64,000 nt of DNA, from contig CM120648.1 of assembly GCA_051362555.1 (NCBI GenBank), positions 4,026,587 to 4,090,586 of the forward strand, given 5' to 3'. Numbering within the stretch: position 1 is the stretch's first letter; each line of letters starts with the position of its first letter. Source of the stretch: Lingula anatina. Lineage: Eukaryota > Animalia > Brachiopoda. Shown here piece by piece: positions 13,244 to 25,516 of the stretch. The translations under genes and the position numbers were made by a program. Below the pieces are notes generated by a model. It made no database searches. It worked only from the letters and a program-made list of their open reading frames with translations, and was not told where the DNA came from.

Positions 13244-14597
13244 TAGTATAAAAGAAATTACAGAAAAACAGCTACAAATAAAGCAATGACCAAGGACTTA
13301 CGTTTGTAAATTTGTGTTGAAGGTGGTTAGTGCATCTGCCAAGTGAATTGCCCCATCATCTTCTAGCCTGTTGTAGCCAAGGTCCAGGATCTCTAGAGGT
13401 GTGTTCATCTTTAGGAACTTAGCCAGCTCAAAGGTTCCATCTCTTGTAATACGATTACTAAGAAAAAAATCATTTTTATTTTCAATCGACTTGTGCATAT
13501 ACATATACAGAGATAACCTAAAGAGCTGCATGTAACTGTTCCAAAACTTAACCCTATATACTAGATCTAGTTGGTAAAGTTTTTCAGACAAAATTAAAAA
13601 GTTAAAATTTTATCTTTCAACAAATGGTAACAATTTTTGACAAAACATGAGAGGAGAAATGCAATACGATCATCATTAATACTCAGTTTTTTTTTCAATT
13701 TTGTATTGGTACATGAATTTTAGAGTCCCATTTAATATGAGAGTGAAATATTTGTAACACTACAGTGCTGTCTTTTGGATTTCAAATTAAGTTTTAAAAT
13801 TAATTTACTAATTACCAACTCAAGTCCAGATATCGTAGAGTATAGTTGCCCATGAGGTTCTCTGCCAGTCTTGTGGCACCAAAGTCTCTCATGTCATACT
13901 TCTGCATATGGATCTCTCTGAGAGTTCTGTTCACCTAAAAGACAATAATCATATATTTTATAAATAATTATTAATGTATTATCATACACAGGCATATGGA
14001 TCTTTTTCAAAGCTCTGTTCAACTGCAAACATTTTTTATTTCAATTACAAAAATTATGAGCCATTGCTACAAGAGATCTAAAAACAACATTTATTATTAT
14101 AATAATAATAATTATTATTATTTTGAGTAAGGGAAGGGTATATAAAAATTAATAATTTCTTACCTTCAGTGTTTTGGCCATATGAACTGTGCATTCTTCT
14201 TGGTGAGAAAAAAGGATAGGCCTGTTCACATTGAGGGCTCGCAGAGTTTGGTTCTGAGTGAGAACTGTGCCTAAGGCTATTACACTTTCCTGCTCCTAAA
14301 TATGTAAAAAAAAGAACTTCTAAGGCACATATCAGTACAACTTACAGTTCTTTCTAGAGTAACAGTAATTGTAAATATGTATTGAAGTACACATTGTAAT
14401 TTCAAAACATTTCAGCTACCACAATTTAAAGGAGAAAGTAAGGTTGAAGTTTTACTGTATTTTTCTCTTTTTACAATAACTTTCAATTTTTTGTCTTAAC
14501 AGACATGTAAACGCACACATGCATGCACGAATGCACCACATACACATATTTTTGCACTTATCTACTCACAATCTATAACATCTACAAAAATGGATGA

Positions 14598-14643
<46 letters not shown>

Positions 14644-14674
14644 TCTCTCTCTCTCTCTCTGCAACAGTGTACCC

Positions 14675-14705
<31 letters not shown>

Positions 14706-17700
14706 ACATCATTTTGGATTTACCAAATCACAGTCTCCAACATCCAGCTGCTCCAGGTTCATATTGACTTGTAACATTTGTGCAAAATACATGCCGCCCT
14801 TGTTACCTATCTTGTTACCATTCATTCTGAGGAACACCAGGCTTTCGTTGATCTGGAAGAATAAAAGTCAGCTGTATACCTATACGGTTTTGACGAACTG
14901 GTATTGTACTTTGAATCCTGAATGTTGCACTTTATCCTCTGACCTTTGAAGTCTGAACTTTTTTCTTTTTATGTTAATTGCATGATTTTATGACATTTAG
15001 AAAATTGGCCAGAACAGTTCCTTTTCTGACATTTCACACAACTCATGTTTGATTAATATATCATCTTATATCCAACTCTATACTTTTATGCTTTTTACAA
15101 AAATTCAAATCTTAGAGAACAAAAATGAGAATAAATGACTTTGGCCAAATTTACTACTTTTAAAATATCTTTAACATCATTTTCAGATTAATTACAAACC
15201 ATAAATTCTTTAAAAAAAATTTTTTTGGGGAATTCATGAGAAATGTCCGAAGTGAAAATTGGTTTGAATTTGTTATTACTCATAATTTGATTATAAACAT
15301 AAGTAATACCTGACAAGTAAAAATTAACTAATATCAGACAAGTGTTTACCTACCTGCAGTGCTCTGGCTATGGCCTCTGCCCCCGCCTCACCTATCTCAT
15401 TACACATCAGATTTAGTTCACGAAGGAGAGGAGTTTCCTGAAAATAAATAAATAAATAAATAAATAAATAAAACAAAACTTAATCCAAAGTGAAAAATGC
15501 AAAGAGGGCTGTTCTCAAAATTTTTATTCTATTAATATGAGTAAGCTATTTTAAGTCTATTAACCAATACATCACAACGTTTGATTTTCAAGTTTTAGCT
15601 AATTATTTTCACTTAAATAATAAACACAACTTTATACCTCTAATAATTTCCCAATGGCCTTTGCCCCCTCGTCTGTGATGTGGTTGTACCTGAGGTCTAT
15701 GGAGGTGACGTACATGTTGTTATAGAGGGTCTTGTACAGCACCTGGACGTCCTGGTCATTGATCCTGGTGTTGGTCATCAGGTGGTTGTTTCCAGCCAGG
15801 CTCATGTGCATGCTGTCCTTGTAATCCCTGGACATGAGTGAAGGAAAGAATGAGCAAATGAACAAATGGATGAACGGTTGAAAGGAAAGGAATACACGAA
15901 CAAACACACGAGTGAACAAATGAATGAATGAATGATGAAACAAATGAATGGTTGGATAAAATTACTTTTAAAATTCATTTCTCTTTATCATATGACAGTT
16001 TTCCTTTCTATTATGGAAGTCAGAGTCATAAAATACTAAGCAGGTATAATTTAATACTAAGTATGCAATAACTTTTATCTTTTAATTTTTGTTTACATCA
16101 AAAATTTACTTTTTCATGTTTTTTTTTTCTATCTACTTTTCAAATTTTTCAAATTCCTTCTAATTTGATGAAAACCAATGTGCTCCAAGTGAATCCTGAA
16201 CTGATAAGCTAAATTAAATACAAAATATGTGCACAGTGGTGGAACTGGGAGCACTGTATAAAAGGTACTCCATACTAAAAGCATCTGCTGCATCCAGATT
16301 TAAGTAGTGCTTTGAACCTTTTTAAGCCTTTGTGGTAAACACTGCCTAAAATACTGACTGGATGATAAATAAATAGGTGCAGTGCTTTGAGCTTTATAAG
16401 CTACAACACTGAATTGCTATTAAATAAATAGATAAATAAATAAATAATTAAATAAATAAATGAATAAAAAAATAAATACTCTTAGCAAGCCCATGCTATT
16501 CTTAAATAAAGGTGCTGCGTACATACAAATATTAATGTAAACAAACCAAACAAACCAACTGAAAATAATAAATTCAATATTCAAAATAAGCCAACTTTAA
16601 AAAGCTATAATATATAATTAAGTCAAAGAATTACGACATAATGCACGTTTAAGAAATTTTGTTAAATAATTTGAACTGTTCTAAAGAATTCCTGAAAACA
16701 AACAAACAAACATTTAGTAATAAATAATAAAGATAACTTTGCAATTAATATGTAGGGCACATGTTATGTAAATTAGTACAGGTTGTATTGCTCTGAAATA
16801 TTTCTTGGGTAAAAAAATTGAAATCAAAATAATGTAAAATTAAATTGAAAATTAAAATAATTTTTTTTATTTTCAACCAATAAATAGGAACTTTCTAATG
16901 AAAACAGTAAATGGAACATAAAGCAAATAGAGCCAACATAAATATTCTACAAATCAAAAGATAACTCAAAGCCTAAGCTTGTCAGTTTTAACGTAAATCA
17001 CTTTCAATCATGTGACCTCCAAAATATCTTATTTTTGACATAAAAAAATTATCTATTAATTGCCAAGAATGATATTACAAGTTGCTTTGAATTAAAAAAA
17101 AAAGGAAACAGAAAGAAACAATAATAACAATAAGGCAACAGTATAAAGAAATTATAAAACAAGCCATAAAAATTTTTTAAGTTTGGCAGAATTATTATAA
17201 TCGAAAAGGGAATTGTGTCAACTGTTACAATCAAAAGTGATTTACCAAAGAACTGACTTCACTGGCAGCTGAACACATTTAAGTGCATTTCTATTGCAGT
17301 TAAATATAATTAATACACCACCTACTCACCCCTCCATGTCCCTGTGTCTGTGTAAAGGTTGAAGAGAATTTACAATTTCATTTAATGGTGCAAACACATC
17401 AAAAATTCAGAGTGCATATCATTGAAGCAATGCATATAATCTTGAAGATTTTAAAGATATATTTGCATGATGAATATCAATATATACATTATGTCTAGTG
17501 GTGTCTTCACATCATAACATCAGAGAGTCTGCGTGTAACAAAAGCAACCTGGCAGTTATTCTCAGTTTACAAAAATTTTGTCCGAATGAATGTACTAGTA
17601 ATATGTCCTTCCTATTTTTGGTCCAAAGGTCAGGACTATATTTGTTAGTTGCTCAGGGAATATTCAAATACAAAATACATGTTAGCAATTGACAGTAACT

Positions 17701-18340
17701 GACTGATTGGCTTTTATAATCCATTATTTTACTGTTTAAAATTTTTTAAAAAAAATTCATTTCTGGGGTAGCCATATCATCCATGGATTTGAATTTTTTT
17801 TAAGACTGCCAGATATTGGGTAAGAGCAAGTAAGCAAGTAAAGATAAGAGTGAAAATATATGAAATAGAATTAATTATCATTCACAATAACCCCTCCACC
17901 AAATTAATTTGCACAAAACATATTTTATAATTAGTCAAAAATACGAATTATGACTTGACTAATTACATCTCTCCAATTTGACAGCAAATATTTACGTAAG
18001 ACAGGTGACACCAAAAAAGCAAATTTCTCCCAAAATCTCAATTATCGCCAATGCCATAATTCATCCACATCGATTTGGTACAGTGCCTGTATTATAACCT
18101 TTTTAATTTCGTAAATCAAAAAACACTGTTGTGGCAAAATGTGATGAGAAATTTGTTAAGATTTGTGTCACTCCATCATATAAAAAATCCAAAACATATT
18201 ATTTTTGAAAATTAAGGGACTTACTCCTCAGCATCCAATTTTTCTTTTTCCAGTACTCTATTGATGTACGGACATGGTTTGCAGTTCAACTCAGCACAGA
18301 CTGCTTTGAAGCGGGTAATGGTCTCTGTAATGTCTGTCAT
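12528..18340 (-). CDS. LRRC34: Leucine-rich repeat-containing protein 34, ~406-412 aa; exons 18340-18225, (17347-17330 candidate microexon), 15827-15638, 15437-15354, 14852-14724, 14295-14164, 13934-13816, 13457-13302, 13102-12976, 12695-12528
   Basis: RI-type LRRs ([49 protein letters not shown]), the motif [20 protein letters not shown] and C-terminal [19 protein letters not shown], which match LRRC34 as I recall it. Junctions are GT-AG and in phase. Confidence 0.88.
13163..13240. repeat. (TA)n microsatellite (others at 25452-25512; (CA)n/(CT)n at 14600-14708 and 37225-37287)
   Basis: Directly visible dinucleotide runs. Confidence 0.95.
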
Positions 18341-18619
18341 TTTGCTGAAGTCCTAAGTGTTATGATATAAAATTAGATTGCTGTATTTTGAATATACTGT
18401 AGCAGAACAAACATTTATGTTAGGCATTGCTTTACTTTTGTTATAGATCTACATGTACAAGTTCGAAACTGCACAACTCGGGAGGAATTTTTCAGTCTAC
18501 TTTCTTCTGATAGCTGAAAAACGGGATTAAAGAAGTGAAATACATTCATCAGGCCAACATTTAACAGCTAAACCCCCAAGAAAAGAATTATCAACTTAAT
18601 TCTATAAATAAGCACTAAC

Positions 18620-18803
18620 CTTTGCAATGAAATAAAACTTATTCCGAAAATTTCAATCCTTTTACTTGTCCGCCATGTTCGAAGTTGCTACAACAAGGAC
18701 ATCTCGTGCACGTGCAAATATCGCGAGACCTGCTCCGCCATAATAAAATTTAGGTCACAGTTATTACACGTGCGCTGAAAAAGTTCGCTCGAAAATTAAC
18801 AGT
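18620..18803. promoter_or_regulatory. Bidirectional promoter between LRRC34 and UTP3, including a probable non-coding first exon of LRRC34
   Basis: CpG-rich relative to flanks; YY1-like CCGCCATGTT (18670-18679), TATCGCGAGA (18719-18728), CACGTG E-boxes (near 18709 and 18767); minus-strand donor AAG|gttagt near 18619. Confidence 0.6.
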
Positions 18804-21800
18804 ATGGGGAAAGCTAAGAGGTAATAGTAACAATAATATACATTAAGTTAAATCCGAAAAATGTTGGTCACCAAATAATTTTAATTGTGCTCAGAATTTT
18901 ATCGGTAATTGGCGTTTGAAAATACAAAATGAAGTCCGCATGGATAGGTATATCAGAAAAATTTTCAAACTGATCAGAAAATTAAAATACTTATATCATC
19001 TGAAAGGTAATGCAAAAACCGGATGAAATCATTTGGAATTTTTTAAATATTCCTACAAGCAACAAAGATATTGAAGTTTTTTAACTGCAAAAATCCACCA
19101 AAAGTGTCCACACTTCTCAGCTCAAAACCTGTGCCCACTGACCAGCAGTGATCACTCAGGCGCAGCAGAGCACCCTGTGTGTCTTTTTGTGCTCAGCCTA
19201 TTGTCTGGCTCACATAGCCTGTGACTAATCAGGGCAGAGCTATTTCCCTGTGGTAATTTTCACATCATGTAATATTGCGGATTAAATTAACTATACTTCG
19301 CAACCTTCAAATTTCATGATTTTTCTACATAATATAGCAAATTTCATAAACTTTGCTGGATATAAATTTCAAAAAGATGATACCAGCACTTACCTGAAAT
19401 TTTTTAGCATTTTGTAGAGGCAAAACTTAAAACAAGCAGAACCGAAACTTGTCAAAGACTGCAACATGGGAAAATCATGTGACCGGATTTTACTCTTTGA
19501 TTTACAACTTATTTAGTTAATGGCTTGTATTAGTTTTTTTACGCAGCGCTAAAAGAGAGATTTAAAAAAGGGGTTCCATAGGCGAACTGTCAGCAGGCCG
19601 ACTTCAGTTTAACACTTCACTGCCCGTGGACAGTTACGACTGTAGCGCCCCTAGCGGATTGTGATCTACCTAGCATGGACTTTATGTACAATGTCATTTG
19701 AATTAGTTATTTATATGCATCTTAAATACTAACCAACAATAACATGGCAAGTAGAAAGTTAGCAATCATTTATGTTAACATTTCAGAGTGAAGAAAGCAG
19801 TGCCTGCGGCAAAGAAAAGGAGTTTGCCTACAGAGGACTCCGACACTGACTTGCCCGATCCCAAGTCGCAAGACTTCTTCAATGATGAAATTGATGACTT
19901 CCATGCTAGTAGAGATAAGGTGGAGTTTTTTTTTCTGTGTGTGTGTCTGAAGGGGGGAGGGGGGGGGGTTGGAGTGGGGTTATTAATTGAAATTGAGATC
20001 CTGTGGTTCTTAAGATATACATATCATTAGAATGTAAATGAATGATTGTCAAAAATAACAAAATGAAAAGAAAAAAATGATGTGGAAAAGATGAAAATGC
20101 CAACATACTTATCTTTATATATTTTGACTATAACAAAAATATGGCCACTTTCTAAAAAATTGTGTTGAGAACTGTCTCAAGTACAGATTTTGACCATTAA
20201 TAAAAACAAAATCTTTACCAGTAACTGAAAAAATTTACAAAATTTTATTGGTCCAGCTTCAGCATTTGTTTGAGGGGTTAGTGTTAGCATAGCAGACTGA
20301 TAAAGTGGCTTCTAAGTGGCATCATATACAGAGAGCAATGATGAACTACTTGTCTCGTTCGTATGACACTGGAAGCAGTGCGGTGATTAGTATTGTAGTG
20401 GTATTTCTGAGCTCTCATAATATCAGACAGTGTGCTAAGTATAAAAGATAGTATTAATTAGGTTGAAATGTGGTACCTGATCAGATCAGGATATTGGAAA
20501 TCGGGAAAATTAGTAAATCAGTGAATTGAATGAAAAAAATTGCAAGTTTTCTGTTATTGAAATTAAAATTTTTAAATCATGAGTAATAGATCATGAGTAA
20601 TATTAACAACTACAACTTACAGTAATCATAATAAGTTCTTATTTAATTTTTTGTTACATGCAAAATTTTTCTTTCATTTTGGTTTGTTTCAAATTTTCAG
20701 ATTCCATTGGGCAGTCATATGATGGAACCTGCTGGTTTCAGTTCTGATGAAGAGGTGAAGACTTACGTTATAATTATATACAGTTTACACAGTTTATAAT
20801 CATAAGTTGGGGTTCACTAAAGCATTTATTTCCATTTGAGCCTTTTAACTTACTATTGAATTCAGGTAATAAGGTCAGTAAATGTTATAGGTAGTCATGT
20901 AAAATGTCTTTTGTAGAGTTATATTGGATAGCATCTTAAGAATTTTTACTGTCATTGTAAATGACATGGCAAGTAAGTCTGAAATGTCAAAAATGATAAT
21001 ATTTAAATGGATATTTGCTTTTAATCCATTTCTGGAGTTAAAATATATGTCATTGCAAAATTAATGATTTTGCAGTCTGAACATGCAGGCAGACAAAATG
21101 GTTGTATTCTTCTTTCGATGACCAAAAAGTCCCTCTTGGTTTACTTGAAATGTACCAAAACCAGAAATAGATTTCATGTAAACTGTGTATATGTTTACAG
21201 CAGGATGTCTACTGATCTTCATAGACTTAATGAAGAACTTATTTCCATGTTGTAGGAGGTTCTTCCAGTTGAATCAGACTATGATGAGGAAGATGAAGAT
21301 CAAGAAGAAGAAGGATATGAAGAGGCTGAAGGAGCAGACCACAGCGATGATTCTGCTAAGGATGGAGAGGATGGTAGGATTGCTTTGTACTGAATGAAAT
21401 ATTGGTAGTTTCACGCAAGTTATTTAATTTTTTGTTTGTTTATTACCTCTGCCAAGGAGGTTATGTTTTCACCCCTGTTTGTCTGTCTGTTTGTTTTGTC
21501 ATCAACGTAACTCAAAAAATTATGGACCGATTTTGATGAAATTTTCAGGAACTGTCAGAAGTGGGCCAAGGAAGAGATGATTAGTTTTTGGTGGTGATCC
21601 GGATCAATAATCAATCAATAATAATAAAAAATCGCTGCCTTGGCACAGGTCTGCACTCTCAGAGTGCTTTTCTAGTTTATTTATTATTTTGCCAAAACTG
21701 TAATTTATTTTCTTGCTTTGTACAACTCAGTTCTTTGGTGAAAATTTAGTTGAAACAAAAGTCATGTTTATTTTCACACTATTTTCATGTGTGATAAATC

Positions 21801-24800
21801 TGCGAAATTGCCAAGAAAGTTTAAGTATATTTTGTTATAATGATGTGCCATTTGGTATGGGCTTATTTTCTGTTTATCATAAAATTTTCAGATTTAGATG
21901 AAAAAGCATGGGGAAGGAAGAAATCCAAGTTTTATGGAGCTGATGTTGAAGATGTTGATATTGGTAGGTGGCAATTTTTAATTTATATTCATAAATCTTT
22001 AGGGTAAATTTTTTTAAGCAGTTTTTTCAGATATCCTTTAAGTACTGTCCTTTCAAAATGAATCAACTTATAGCATTGAATGTGCTATTTTGGATTAATT
22101 TTGCATAGGAAATAGTGTAGTTGTAGGAAAAAATTGAAATGGCACCTCAAACAGTAATACTGTGATAGACAAAAAAAAAATGTAAAGCAAGCATGAGAGA
22201 AAACATGAGTACAAGAAACAAAGATGTTATGATGATGGGCTTCGGACAAGATGTTATGATGATGGGCTTCGGACAAAGTGGTGTGCTGTGCTGTAGTAAC
22301 AGGAATCTAACTCATTGAATATGTCAATTAAAATTTATGTTTGATTTATATATTTTTTAATTCATCTTCAGATATGTTATTATTATTATTTATTTTTTTT
22401 TTAATCAATTTTATTTTCTATAGACCTTAGTGGCTCTGAGGAAGGAGATGCTGAACTGGAAGAGAAGGAGGCACTTGCGTTACAGAAAAAAATGGCAGAA
22501 CAACTCAGTGAGGAGGACTTTGGTTTTGAACTTTTCCAGGTTTGTTCATTATAGTTTTCATCTCAGTTTGTTTTTGAAATGAGAGTGTTCTAGGAAAGGG
22601 GATCTCTGAAGGACAAAGCTGATTGCCAGATATTTCAGACTTTGGAATGAATCAAGACTTTAATAATAATAATAATAAACTTTATTTAAAGAGGGTAAAA
22701 CATGTTAAGTGCACACACTTATCTTACTTATAACTTTAATCACTTAATGATACCATTTTGCAAAGGCGTTTTGAACAAAACATAGAGAAGGCAATATAAT
22801 TATTAAGAACATTTACTGAATTACAATAATTTTTAAATTCTTGCATTATATTTTATGATTAGGACACAAAGAAATCAAAACAAGTAGAAGACACAGAGCA
22901 AGAGAAAATTCACACAGATTTGTCCTCGCTCTCAAAGAAGAAAAAAATGGAATTGCTCAAAAAAGAGTCACCAGAACTTATTGAACTGATTGATGACTTC
23001 AAACTGAAATTGACAGAGGTTAAAGAGAGAATAGAACCCATGTTTAAGCTGGTGAGAGATGGGAGCATTCCGCCAGGTGGTGCTGCAGATTACATTGAGA
23101 CCAAGATGAGACTGTATCTAAGGTGAGTAGCCTAAGGTTGATTTGACTTAAATGTGGCCAGACAAACACTGCACGTAATATAATCATTCAGTGAAAGATA
23201 ACCCATGCAAAAGCAATTGTTGCATTGCACATGCGCCTGGCGCAAGGTAGTTTAAACACCTCTAAAGATTAATTTAAGCTTCCTGTATTTATTTCAGCTA
23301 CTGTCTGAATGTCCAGTTCTACCTCATATTGAAAGCAAGAAGAACCCCAGTACAAAACCATCCTGTCATAGGGAGACTGGTACAGTATAGAAATGTGAGC
23401 AACCTCTGCTTTAAATGGAATAAAATGAGAAAATTTCTAACTGCAAATAGTTTACTAAAATGTGCTTTGATTAAGGGAACCCCCTACTTGTAAATGGGTT
23501 GGGGTACTAAACGGAAATCCCAGACAGAGAAATATTTCTTGTGAGACAAAAAATAGAAGTGCAAATAACTATTGATTTTAGTAGTTGTTTAAATAAAGAA
23601 ACTGTTAAATAAATGCAGTTACCTCCTCTGACTTCAATTAATATCTACTTTGACCACAACCAGTTCAGAACTATATGAAGAAATTAGTTCAATTATTATC
23701 GTAACTTATTTTGCAGCTCATAAAAGATTTGCTTCCTGTGGACGAGCAGCTGCAGCCTCAGGTAGATGACATCTTGGAGAGGGTGAAGAAAGGAGAAGTG
23801 ATCAGACCTCAGCAGGCAGAAGTCAGGAAGAGAGTAATGTTCGACAGGTGAAAGCAAAAAGTTTTATTTGAAATTTGTAAGATTTAGACAGAATATTGAA
23901 ATTTATTCAACCCTGGGGAAGCGCTAGCACTTGCCTATTTAAACAAATTCTAAAACTGACTTTAATTGGCTAAACAAAATAAGGTTGATTTGACTTGTTT
24001 CAGTCAAATTTAAACCATTTTGTGAAAAAATTGATGAAAGAGTAGTGGTTGGCTAAGCAGAAAAAATTGCTAGCACTTCCCCAGCAACCTTAGCACTACC
24101 CCAGCAACCTATATGGGGATGTGATGAAATGGGTTTTTCATCATTGCTTTTGTGAATCGTAAAAATGTGACGAGTCATTGGAGATCAAGGAGCTGGAAGT
24201 TGAGAGCCATGATGATATATTAGTCTCGTTCGTATGAGACCTCTCCCCTGTAGAGGTCCTGATTAGCACGTAGTGGTATTTCTGAGCTCTTCATACTTCA
24301 AAATAATACTCCTGAAAATTTTACAATTTAGTAATGATACACCTCCTTACTTGAATTTATGTGAAGACTTAGATCATTAACACATGATTTTGAATTTGAT
24401 AGAAAAATGACACAAGAAAAATAAAACCCTTTGCTACTCCTAAATAATTGATAACAATTTGATTCACAAAATGAAATCAAAATTGGTTTTAGTGACCAAT
24501 TAATTTATCCACTTTTCTTATATTTTTGTTTCCCCACTCAGTTTCCTGATCCAGATTTCCTAAATTACTATCACCATGTACCTCATCCATGTAAATTATT
24601 CAGTTTTTTTCCTTAATGCCCCATTTTTATTTGCTAAATCCTCAGCACTGTGTCATTCCTGTGGATTATTTTGTTAAAATACACAACAGATTATTTTACC
24701 AAATATACAATTTGATATGCCTCCAGGAAGAGAAAACTTCCCAAAACAAAGAAGACAGGTGTAGAGAAAAAGAAGCTGTCACAACTTATGGATGATGAGG

Positions 24801-25446
24801 ATGAAGAAGAAGAGGAAAGTGACAGCAATGATAATAAATCTAAAGTAAGCTATGGATCTTGAAAATATGTACTTTGAATTGGTCAGCCAAAGTCGGTGAT
24901 GAATTGATGGAAAATTTTTTTAGCATTGTTACTTAGTTAAAGAAGATCTTAAGAACATGGGACACATTTCATATGTTTGATTTATATCATGAATATTAGG
25001 TTTGTTTATTTGACTTTGTTGGAAGATGTCGTTTTCATATAAAAAGAATTATATTGTTAAATGTGTTTTGTGAAGTTCAGTCCTGATATTTCCTCTATTT
25101 TATTCATGTATTTATTTTAAGAAAAAGAAAGGAGAAGAGAGATTTGAGACTAAGGATGAGAAAGAGGCTCTGGAATTCTATCAGATGATGAAGGAAGGCA
25201 GACGACAAGTTGCTGATGGTCAGGAAGAGGAAGAAAGTGACCAAGAAGGCCATCTTGACGAGGGGTAAATATATGTTATAAATGTTAATGTCTGAAGCTT
25301 TGTCTGTATCGTTTGTAAATCGTAATGTTGATGGAGAAAGAAAAATGAATTAATGTGTTCAAAATGGGCTACTCAAAGATTAGAAAAATGAATAAATATT
25401 TGACGATTTACTAAATAACATGGAGGACGCTCTACAATCCATTCTG

Positions 25447-25516
<70 letters not shown>

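Noticed and set aside
14590-14949. ORF with HTHT/SLSL repeats (likewise 25420-25677 start, 37029-37399, 40769-41191)
   Set aside because: Translations of microsatellites or tandem repeats, partly antisense to or overlapping real exons.
23140-23620. Hairpins in UTP3 introns 7 and 8 as H/ACA snoRNAs
   Set aside because: Could not place both H and ACA boxes at correct positions by eye; needs snoGPS or cmscan.
24888-25020. GTGATGA...TTGA with caaag/ctttg stem in UTP3 intron 10
   Set aside because: Non-canonical box D, wrong stem-to-box-C spacing and no identifiable guide.
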